DNA from: Kofleriaceae bacterium
GTDB taxonomy: Bacteria > Myxococcota_A > Polyangia > Haliangiales > Haliangiaceae
Assembly (NCBI GenBank): GCA_024762925.1
Contig: JANTGM010000010.1
Location: 1-64,000 of the forward strand
DNA length: 64,000 nt
Direction: 5' to 3'
In this document: positions 29,026 to 37,556 of the stretch, in pieces
Layout: each line of letters begins with the position of its first letter
Numbering within the stretch: position 1 is the first letter of the stretch
Position numbers and translations under genes: made by a program
The notes under the pieces: model-generated
Told to the model about the DNA's origin: nothing
Seen by the model: only the letters and a program-made list of their open reading frames with translations
Database searches by the model: none

Positions 29026-31041
29026 ATGGCCGAACGCGACATTCGAGAACGAGATATTTTGGTAGCCCCAAACGAATATGCTTACGTGCAAGACTTAACC
29101 AAAGGCGACATCGTGCTCTACGTCGGTCCCACCAAGGTTAGTCTCAGCAATACCGAGCGCATGATTGAGCATCGCGATGGCCGTTTTGTGCCTGTGCGAG
29201 GCGATGAGGCCGGTATGAGCGTGCACCGTTTTGTCGGCGCGACTTCATCGCAATACATTATTCTTCAGAACCCTCCCAAAGATCCGGAAACGCAGGCTAC
29301 CAAGGGCGCCAACTCAGCAGTGCTACTAGAAGTTGGTCGCACGCTTGTTGTGCCCGGTCCGGCGGAGTTTCCTTTGTGGCCAGGGCAGACCGCTCGTGTC
29401 GTGGACGGTCATCGCCTGCGCGAGAATGAGTATCTCGTATTGCGGGTCTATGATGATGACGGCCAGGGGTCGCCCATTGGCACCGAAAGCATTCTGCGAG
29501 GAAGCGATCAGAGTTTTTATCTGCCAACAACGGGGCTCGAAGTGGTGCCCAATCGGGATGGTAACTATGTGCGCACGGCTTGGCGCTTGGACCACAGTCG
29601 AGGACTGCACTTGCGGGTGACAGCCAGCTTCGAGACGGGGGAGGAGGACCTCTTGCCACCAGGGCGCTACCAGGCTGGCCAGGATGTCTTCTTGCGGGGA
29701 GGTGCTGGTTTCTTCTTTCCAAACAGCAGTATCCACGTCGTCGCAGAGGTCGAAGCGATTCCTTTGGCGGAGAAAGAGGGGATTTATGTGCGAGACCTTG
29801 AGAGCGGCGGGGTACGCACCGTGGTTGGTCCGCAGAGCTATCTAGTCGATCCGACAAAAGAAGAACTCGTAGGAAGACCTCTAAGTGACGAGGTTCGAGC
29901 GTCCTGGAGGATTTCCAAGTACAGCGCAAAGCGCGCTCCTGCGATCTACGTGCCTCCCAGCGAGGCTGTCTTGATTATCGCGCCCAGTCGGCGAGAACTC
30001 GTGATGGGGCCGCAAGTTCGGGTGCTCGATTTTGATGAGGAGCTTGAGGTTTTGCAGCTGAGCACCGGACGGCCAAAGAGCAACGCCAACCTACTCGATA
30101 CCTGCTTCCTGCAAGTGCAAGGCAACAAGGTCTCGGATCGCGTGCAGTTGCAGACCGCCGATCACGTTGATCTCATGGCGACGCTCTCGTATCGCGTCTC
30201 GTTTGTCGGAGACAACGAGAAGTGGTTTGCTGTGCGCAACTACGTGGAGCTCTTGTGCGATCATCTTGGCTCGATCATTCGATCGGCAGCGCGCGCAACC
30301 ACGATTCACGACTTTCATGGATCATCGGCTCAGGTGCTGCGCGACGCTATCTTAGGATGCCACGAAGATTCCGGTGCCCGGACTGGTCGTCACTTCGAAG
30401 AGAATGGGATGTGGGTCTACGATCTTGAGGTTCTCGATGTGAGCATTCAGGACACCGACGTTCTGGAGATGTTGCAAAGTTCGCAGCGGGCCGCGATAGC
30501 CAGTGCGATTCATCGCAGTAGTGAAGATCGACGACTTGGAGACGAGCAGCTCAAGGAGTCTGTCAATTTGCGAATCATGAAGAGCCAAATTGCGACCCTT
30601 CAACAAGCCGCTGAACACGAGGCGACAAGTCGCGGTGTCGAGCTAGCGCGCACTGGCACACGGCTCGAAATCGATCGCATGGACAGAGTTGGACGGGCAA
30701 AGAACGCGGCTGACGCAGCATCCATCACCAACACAGCCCAACTTGCGTTGCAAAGCGCCAAGGCCGAACTTGAGGCCCAAGCCCTCGCAGCAAACGCAGA
30801 CGCCTTTTGCCAACAGATGCAGAGCCTCCAACCGGAACTCATCGCAACCTTGAAGAGCTTGGGCAACAAGCAACTCGCCGGCGAGCTCACAAAGAACTTG
30901 GCACCACTCGCTATCCTAGGTGGCGACTCAGTTGCCGATGTTGCCTCGCGGCTCCTTGAGAGTCTGCCAATGACCGGCAGCGCCGGCGGAATTCGCGATC
31001 TCCTTGTGGCTCCGGCGTGCGCTGCCACCGAAGAGGACTAG
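29026..31041 (+). CDS. Major vault protein (MVP) homolog
   Basis: RBS AAAGGA lies 9 nt before the ATG at 29026. [34 protein letters not shown] matches human MVP [49 protein letters not shown]...[19 protein letters not shown] matches VLSLSAGRPKRPHARR...IETADHARLQLQLAYNWHF. The N-terminus has MVP-repeat-like beta modules. An SPFH-like shoulder and a C-terminal coiled cap-helix region follow. Confidence 0.85.
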   Translation: [671 protein letters not shown]

Positions 31042-31059
31042 CGCGTATCTCACAACCTC

Positions 31060-31335
31060 TTCGGTCGTCTGAGTCCCGATCTTCAGCGCCCTGCTCGTGC
31101 GCGATTCATGAAGATAGAACGCGCTCACTGGTCTTCTCGCCCGCTGACTTCGCGATCACGAATCAATGTTCATGGATCGCGCACTCGTGTCGGGGCCAGG
31201 AGCATAGAACCCTCTCGCTCGCTTTCTTGCCCTCTGAACGCGCTGGCATGGCCAGCGCTCTTCGTTGCTCCACGCCTTTCTTACCCCGGTAAGGTCGTCG
31301 TTCGCGCCTTGCCAGAGAACAAGCTTCGCGCGAGG
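31060..31335. repeat. Composite intergenic repeat: 90-bp MITE (31096-31185, TIR cgtgcgcgattcatgaa / ttcatggatcgcgcactcg) followed by a family-2 hairpin element (31195-31335)
   Basis: The terminal inverted repeats were read directly. The body matches 13130-13270. It contains the hairpin ccttacc-ccg-ggtaagg. Confidence 0.8.
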
Positions 31336-31515
31336 AGATCTATGCTCCTGAAGTGCACACGCAGGCCGCAAGAGGTTGTGCTCTTGGCATCATGCCCTCA
31401 GGAATGTTGCGTTTTTCGGGCTTGGACGGACTGCGAACTTCTCCAGAGCCTCCAAATTCGCTCAAGAAATCGGGCAACAGTGCCGAATTCCCATACGGAC
31501 GAGATTGTTGCGAGC

Positions 31516-33924
31516 ATGGGGAATCGAGGAAGATTGTCAAACCGCTTATCAAGTGTATTGCTGGCCTTAGTGCTTTGGTCTTGTGGAGACCGCGTACCTG
31601 GCCCGCCGATCGTTGAGTCGGTGATGCCCTCAAGCAAACCGGCAGGAGCCGCTCTCAACATTGCGATCAGGGGAAGCGCCTTCTACCAATTCACGAGCGC
31701 GAACCTCGACGATAAGAAGCCAGCCCGAGCAGATGATCGTTTCACGGCAACGCTTGTACGGAGCGGGTTGCTGCCCATCGAGCTTGAGGGTGTTGCGTGG
31801 ACCAATCTTACGAGCCTAAGCGCGGTGGTGCCGGGAGGACTTGAAGTTGGCAGCTACGACTTGGTGGTTACTGGACCTTTGGGGGCATCGAACACCCTGG
31901 TTGGAGCGTTTACTGTCTGTGCTGACGAGGATGGCGATGGCACATGTGGATGCATCGATCGCGACCGTGACGGTTTTGGCGCGGAAGGGGACCAGAGCAC
32001 ATGTGCCAACGTGGGCAACGACTGCAACGATGCCGTAGACTCGATCTTTCCAGGTGCCCCCGAGGTGGCCGACGACACTGTCGATCAAGACTGCAATGGA
32101 AATGACACCGTTAGCTGTTTTCTCGATGGCGATATGGATGGGTTCGGAACCGACTTGGGAACGATCAAGCTCGCTCCCGACGGTTCTTGCGAGACATCTC
32201 AACAGGAGTCAACTGTCGCAACGGATTGCGATGATTCGCAAGCAAGCACGTTTCCGGGGGCAGCTCCCAATGATGGCACTGAGTGCATGAAGGATGTTGA
32301 TGGCGACGACTTTGGCGACCAGAATCCACCTGCTCCGGTCACTCCTGGAAGCGATTGCGATGACATGTCCACAGGTTGTGTGAGTGACTGCATTGATGCG
32401 GATTTCGATGGCACGCCGGTTTGTGCAGGCGATTGTGATGACAGCATTGCCACTGGAGTTTCTTGCACCACAGGGTGCACGGTATTCCTTGCCGACGCCG
32501 ATGGCGATGGCTTTGGCGATGCGTCCAGTCCTGCTTCCGCAGCGAGCTGTGTGGCGCCGACTGGCTTTGTCGCCAATAGCACCGACTGCGATGACAATCC
32601 TCTCGCTTGCGGCAGTAGCTGCTTTCCTGGCAACCCGGCAGCCGATATTTGTGACGGCGACAACCAAGACTGCGATGCTTTGCTCGATGAGAATCCGGAC
32701 GTTGTTTGGTTCGCGGATGCCGATGGTGACAACTTCGGAAACCCCGCAAGCTCAACCAATGCTTGTACGCAGCCAGCGGGGTTTGTCGCAAACAATCTAG
32801 ACTGTGCAGACAATCCTGCTGGGGATGCAGTATGTGGGGGCCTCAATGGCAACTTCTGCAACCCTTTGGCTGGTGAGGGGCCTAGTGGCGACGCAACGTG
32901 TGGAGACAACGCTGACAACGACTGCGACACCGATACGGATGACGCTGACGCGGATTGCACGGCTACCACGACGACCATCACGTTGCGCTTTGACAACTCG
33001 GGCATCGGAGAGAATCTCATAGACTTCCCTGTACTCGTGACCTTGACGCCTGGCAACTTCGACTATGGCAGCGCCGAAGTCGACGGATCCGATTTGCTCT
33101 TCGAAGATGATGACGCTTCCACCGTGCTGCCTCACGAAATCGATGTATGGAATCCGGGTGGCACTTCGCAGATCTGGGTCTTAGTTCCGCAGATCGACGC
33201 CGGCTCATCAACCGATCACATCTTTCTTACGTATGGCGACGTTGGCATTGCACCAGGGGAAGACGCCGACACCTTGTGGAGCGCGTATCACGGTGTTTGG
33301 CATATGCAAGAGAATGGAGATGGCACGGCTGATGAGTTCAGAGACAGCTCGCCACAGAACAATCATGGTCAGGGTGGCGGTGGCGATGCATCTCGGGTTC
33401 CCAATCTCGTCGCGGGGCAAATCGGCAATGGGCAGACCTTCGATGGCGACAATGATCGCATCCTCATTAGCCCAAGCGACAGCTTCAACTTTTCCGAAGA
33501 CGCGGTATCCATGGAGTACTGGGCCTCTCCAAACCTCACGGGCGGCCCGATGGTGGCGATTGGCAAGGGAGGCTTTCCCACCGGCTACCGCAGCGGCATT
33601 GAGTTCGATGGGCGCGTTGGATGGCTGGTGGCTGGCACGTTGCTCGATACGGTCGTGGTGGCATCTGCCGAATTCCACCACATCGTCGTTACCTGGAATG
33701 GCAGCACGATGCGAACCTACGTCGATGGTGTCGAGCGAGCAAGCCAGAGTAAAGGCGGCAGTCTGGGAACGAATTCTAGTGACTTCTTTATTGGTCGCGG
33801 ACCGATCGGTTTTGAATTCCGAGGCATCATCGACGAGGCTCGCGTGATCAACGAGGGGCTTTCTGGGCCTTGGATTGAGGCGCAGTTTCGCACTACGAGT
33901 AACACCTACATCACCTTCGAGTAG
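31516..33924 (+). CDS. Large secreted lipoprotein: about 10 Cys-rich Asp-rich modules (putative metal-binding/MopE-like), then a DUF2341-like domain, then a LamG/concanavalin-A-like lectin domain
   Basis: ATG at 31516 gives a signal peptide LSSVLLALVLWSCGD. Repeated DCDDxxxxxxPGAxExxDGxDxDCDG modules are present (for example ATDCDDSQASTFPGAAPNDGTECMKDVDGDDFGD). The C-terminus has ITLRFDNSGIGENLIDFPVLV...DHIFLTYG and VAGQIGNGQTFDGDNDRILIS...HHIVVTWNGSTMRTYVDG, as in LamG (Laminin_G_3) domains. The ORF-track start at 31108 lies inside the repeat element. Confidence 0.65.
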   Translation: MGNRGRLSNRLSSVLLALVLWSCGDRVPGPPIVESVMPSSKPAGAALNIAIRGSAFYQFTSANLDDKKPARADDRFTATLVRSGLLPIELEGVAWTNLTSLSAVVPGGLEVGSYDLVVTGPLGASNTLVGAFTVCADEDGDGTCGCIDRDRDGFGAEGDQSTCANVGNDCNDAVDSIFPGAPEVADDTVDQDCNGNDTVSCFLDGDMDGFGTDLGTIKLAPDGSCETSQQESTVATDCDDSQASTFPGAAPNDGTECMKDVDGDDFGDQNPPAPVTPGSDCDDMSTGCVSDCIDADFDGTPVCAGDCDDSIATGVSCTTGCTVFLADADGDGFGDASSPASAASCVAPTGFVANSTDCDDNPLACGSSCFPGNPAADICDGDNQDCDALLDENPDVVWFADADGDNFGNPASSTNACTQPAGFVANNLDCADNPAGDAVCGGLNGNFCNPLAGEGPSGDATCGDNADNDCDTDTDDADADCTATTTTITLRFDNSGIGENLIDFPVLVTLTPGNFDYGSAEVDGSDLLFEDDDASTVLPHEIDVWNPGGTSQIWVLVPQIDAGSSTDHIFLTYGDVGIAPGEDADTLWSAYHGVWHMQENGDGTADEFRDSSPQNNHGQGGGGDASRVPNLVAGQIGNGQTFDGDNDRILISPSDSFNFSEDAVSMEYWASPNLTGGPMVAIGKGGFPTGYRSGIEFDGRVGWLVAGTLLDTVVVASAEFHHIVVTWNGSTMRTYVDGVERASQSKGGSLGTNSSDFFIGRGPIGFEFRGIIDEARVINEGLSGPWIEAQFRTTSNTYITFE

Positions 33925-34219
33925 GTGTCGCTATCGAAGCACGCCAACGGAGGGGACTTGCCCACCGATGATGCGAACAGTCTTGCGATTGCTCTTATCG
34001 AGTTTTTCAGGGTCGATGCCGAGCGCCAAACGCATTGCTTCGAGTGCCTGTGAATCGCTCATGGTGGGACCATACTGCGGCCATGTCGCCAGAGGCTATT
34101 CTCCGCTTAGGATTGCTTTCGCAGCTGCCTCTGCGATTCGCAATTCGTGGATGGACTGGCTGTCTTGCACCGATGCCAGCAGACCCAAGTGAAGAGTCCG
34201 CGGGGAGTGGGAAAGTTGC

Positions 34220-35509
34220 TCAGACATCATCTGAGGCCTCAATGCCGTAGGGCACGCCGCTTGGGCAGCCGTGCATAGCAAGGAGCTTTCCGTTTTCGTC
34301 AATGGACAAGAACCGGTGTGCTTCCGTGATCTCTGGCCATTGAGTGCCTCTTGCCTGCTTGAGGCGAACTGCTGCGCTTACGGGGTGGGATCGAGCCCTA
34401 TTTCTCTTTGCGATTTCTTCTGAGGGACAGTGAAATGCAGCGATCGTCACCAGAGCACCATAGTCAACCGCCATGGCGATGACAGCGCTGCGGAAGTCAG
34501 TTCTAAGTGACGTGGCGTCCCAGACGACTTTTCGCTTTGCGCGCAGATGCTCCCGTAGTTCCTCCTTCGCCATGCGCAGGACCTTAGAGTTATTCTGTTG
34601 GTCTTCACGTCGAGACAAGGATGCCCGGATATCGTCAAGAGACACGACCTTGTGGTCGCCAAGGTTCTTGCCAATCCAGGTCGTTTTTCCGCTGCCGCTG
34701 AGCCCAGTGGTCACAACAACTTCAGGAAATTCGTCACGGTAGCCATACGACTTCGCAATCGCTTCTTCTGGAGTCGCGATGACGCCATCTTCGCGGTCCG
34801 ACGTTGCTTTGGCGACCACGAGATCGATTGTTGCTCCCGAGTGTCCCGCCAGGGCCTCTCTGATCTCATCGTTCCACAAGTCGCGCTCTTGGGTGTGCCA
34901 TACGTCGTACTCCTCTGCGAACATCCGAAACATCTCGAGATGCTCTAGCTGAGTTTCCTTGTCGCGACATTCACGTCCTCGGATGTCGGCAACTTCCAAC
35001 CAATAGATGAGTTCGAGGTCCACCACACGACTCAGCCTTCTGTAGGCGCCTGGCGACTGATTGCGCAAGACGAGTTTCTTTAGAGCGTTGTGATAGCCCG
35101 TGAGTGCCATGACTGAGTTGAGCAATGGAAAGCGCATGGTACCTGCGAGTTGAAGAGCCAAGTACGAGCGACCTTGCAGTTCATGACGAGGGCAGACAAG
35201 CCGGATGCGACCATCGATTTCACGCTCTTTTGTGGTGGTTGGTTTGGCGATGTCATGGAACGCCGAGCCCATGACAAGGGCCGCTCGCCTTGCAGGTGAG
35301 ATACCGTTGAGATCCGCGTCCAGTAGTTTGTAGGTCTCATCCAAGACCATCTGCGTGTGGATAAGGACGTTGCCCTCTGCATGCCATTCTGGGTCTTGCG
35401 GCGTGCCTTCTAGCTCATGGAGCAAGGGCAGCCGGTCGCCTAGATCATCGATAATGTCACTCATCGATGGCGAGCCACCGCTCGCGATGTGATCAATGAT
35501 ATCGCTCAT
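34220..35509 (-). CDS. Bifunctional RNA/DNA end-healing enzyme: N-terminal HD 2',3'-phosphoesterase domain fused to a C-terminal P-loop 5'-OH polynucleotide kinase domain (HD-Pnk architecture)
   Basis: The HD domain EWHAEGNVLIHT...GSAFHDIAKP resembles the HD domain of CCA-adding enzymes. The Walker A is VVVTTGLSGSGKTTWIGKNL, with Walker B VVWDATS and lid residues typical of T4 Pnk/zeta-toxin-like kinases. Start/stop overlap (ATGA) with the upstream RNA ligase gene. Confidence 0.65.
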   Translation of the reverse strand: MSDIIDHIASGGSPSMSDIIDDLGDRLPLLHELEGTPQDPEWHAEGNVLIHTQMVLDETYKLLDADLNGISPARRAALVMGSAFHDIAKPTTTKEREIDGRIRLVCPRHELQGRSYLALQLAGTMRFPLLNSVMALTGYHNALKKLVLRNQSPGAYRRLSRVVDLELIYWLEVADIRGRECRDKETQLEHLEMFRMFAEEYDVWHTQERDLWNDEIREALAGHSGATIDLVVAKATSDREDGVIATPEEAIAKSYGYRDEFPEVVVTTGLSGSGKTTWIGKNLGDHKVVSLDDIRASLSRREDQQNNSKVLRMAKEELREHLRAKRKVVWDATSLRTDFRSAVIAMAVDYGALVTIAAFHCPSEEIAKRNRARSHPVSAAVRLKQARGTQWPEITEAHRFLSIDENGKLLAMHGCPSGVPYGIEASDDV

Positions 35510-36147
35510 TGCTCTTCTCCTTCTTGGGAAGCCAGGCGGTTTGGAACAACGGGCTTGTGCATCCAGTGCTCTTCACTTTGAATATGGTTTGTGCGGACCC
35601 ACTTGGCAACTGAATCACCAAAGTCTGCATACGCAAAACGACTCGCCAGGCGCACTACGTAGCCTTCGGTGACAGAGGTGTCGGGCGCCAACTCTCGCAA
35701 AGCGTGTTCGTCGTAGATGCCGTCGAAGAGCACTGGCACGTGAGCGAGCCCCAAGAGCGCCGCCCACTCAACTGTCTCATCCCAGCTCAAGCAATGGTTT
35801 TGCTCGTTCCAAACCGAAAACATGAGAAAGAAACTTGGAAGCGCTGCATAGGCAATGGAATGGAGGGCGTAGAGGTTCTCCCCACAGACACGCCAGCCCT
35901 CGGGGATTTGGTGCGCCATGCGTCCGTGCATCGCCTTCACCCAGTCTCGTGAAGGGTGATGGCGACCATCGATTGAGCGAGCGTGAAGACCGTCTCGGTA
36001 GAGGCTAGTGTTTTCGCCGTCCATCTTCTCGGTCACGATGACGCGTTGGCCCCGGAAGGGCAGTAGAGAATCGGCAAAGAGGTCGTCTGAGGTAGATCCG
36101 GGGGACCACGGCAAGTGCCGTGTCCGCGGGTATTTTACGCGGTGCAT
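35506..36147 (-). CDS. ATP-dependent RNA ligase (PF09414-like nucleotidyltransferase)
   Basis: N-terminal KYPRTRHLPWSPG followed by motif I VTEKMDGEN (KxDGxN adenylylation lysine). Later motifs ENLYALH (III-like), EGYVVR (IV) and KWVR (V-like) are present. 213 aa. Confidence 0.65.
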   Translation of the reverse strand: MHRVKYPRTRHLPWSPGSTSDDLFADSLLPFRGQRVIVTEKMDGENTSLYRDGLHARSIDGRHHPSRDWVKAMHGRMAHQIPEGWRVCGENLYALHSIAYAALPSFFLMFSVWNEQNHCLSWDETVEWAALLGLAHVPVLFDGIYDEHALRELAPDTSVTEGYVVRLASRFAYADFGDSVAKWVRTNHIQSEEHWMHKPVVPNRLASQEGEEQ

Positions 36148-36377
36148 AGTTCAGCTCCAATGCGCAACGATGCAAGGCATTCGCCGCAGCTGCAAATGAT
36201 AACGAGGGCTCGCTAGAGTCTTGGGAGGACTCGCGAAACAGGAGGTTCTGGACCAGGTCGTTACATTGTTGGAGAGAGGTGGTTGGGACAAAAGTGTCCG
36301 CAACAGTTCCTACAAACTACAGAAGGTGCAGCGGTCTGTCTAGCGAAGAATTCTGGTCTTGCTCAAGACGGCTGATT

Positions 36378-36731
36378 CTAAGCGATGGCGGCTAGCACTC
36401 GGTCCACTGTCTCTTGCGGTTCAGCAACTTCAACGACGAGCCGGTGGTAGCGATGATTCTCGAGGTCAATGACCACCGTATTCTGCGTCTTGACCACATC
36501 CCAGAACTCCCAGACGCCATTTTTTCGATAACTGCCAGCGACGATGACACCTGGCACATGCGTTCCTGGAAGACGAGCCCCGTGCCACCAACCGAGTTTG
36601 GTGGTGGCACGAGTCTCAATGGACCGAATGGCTGACAAGGGCACTTCAATCTGCTTCTTGAGGGCCCAGAGTTTGTGTATGCCAAGCACCTCGACGATGA
36701 GGCTGCTATTGCGTATGGATATCTCAACCAT
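36378..36731 (-). CDS. Hypothetical small protein (possible bacterial PH-like fold)
   Basis: Coherent 117-aa ORF with protein-like composition and no motif recognised. The alternative-frame ORF 36392-36865 looks like a GC artefact. Confidence 0.35.
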   Translation of the reverse strand: MVEISIRNSSLIVEVLGIHKLWALKKQIEVPLSAIRSIETRATTKLGWWHGARLPGTHVPGVIVAGSYRKNGVWEFWDVVKTQNTVVIDLENHRYHRLVVEVAEPQETVDRVLAAIA

Positions 36732-37556
36732 GCCGCCATTCTAACTACGGATAGAAGTCGCTGCCTGTTGTCGTGGACACGGCGCGGATTGCAAGGGAGA
36801 GTTTGTGAGCTTGGTGCAAGTATGCGCTTGGCCAATCCAAGGCGCACGAATAGCGGCCGGCGCAATCCAATTTCTCGCGCTTAGGGGGCCCATGTAGCCC
36901 AAAGCAACATACTGCCTACAGGAGATGGTCGCCCGCTGAGCGAACCGGTCCGAAACTCGGGGCTTGGACTCGTCTGAGAAGTGAGCTGCCGAGAAGAGCA
37001 AGAGGAGTGTACCTTCTTGGAGAACTGCGAAAAGTTCTCAGTGTGCACCTCGGATCTTGAGCCTAAACGCACCGAGACTACAAGTCAGGCTGCCGACATG
37101 CCACACGCGTGAGCAGCTACGACCTGCACATCGAACATGGCATCGCACTCACTGCAGCCCATCCCACAACTGCCCAGCATCGTCGTTACATGGTGCCAGC
37201 GATGTCTTCTCGCATTCAGGGCACCGCACGATGAGTGCCGTCGCGGTGTCTATGCCCTTGCCAGTGAGCCGAATCATCTGGCTACGCGACTCCTCGGCCC
37301 ACCTTCGCTCCATGTCGGTAATCTCATCATCAACCGCACAGGTTCTGCGAATCCTGACTCGAGCAGCCAGGTCATCGTGAGCGTGGGTGCTCCTTGGAAT
37401 GCAACCGCTCCACGAGCCCATGGATTGATGGGAGGCGCATACCACTTGCCGAGTTTTCCTCGAACCAAGACGCCACCAGCTAGACATGAGAACATTGCTT
37501 TCTTTCGTGCGGGCGTCATCGTCAGAGCGTACTCGCATCGCACGAGGTCTGTCGAC

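Noticed and set aside
32199-33056. 285-aa antisense ORF inside the Cys-rich/LamG gene (and similar 43658-44356, 45351-45878, 4717-5160, 5512-5973)
   Set aside because: In a genome at about 67% GC, stop-free antisense frames are expected. Each overlaps a gene with clear domain content on the opposite strand and has skewed composition (Ser/Ala/Pro/Arg-rich).
33925-34063. 43-codon ORF on the minus strand (MSDSQALEAMRLALGIDPEKL...) just downstream of HD-Pnk
   Set aside because: It is too short and has no RBS or recognisable motif. It could be a small protein but cannot be supported from sequence alone.
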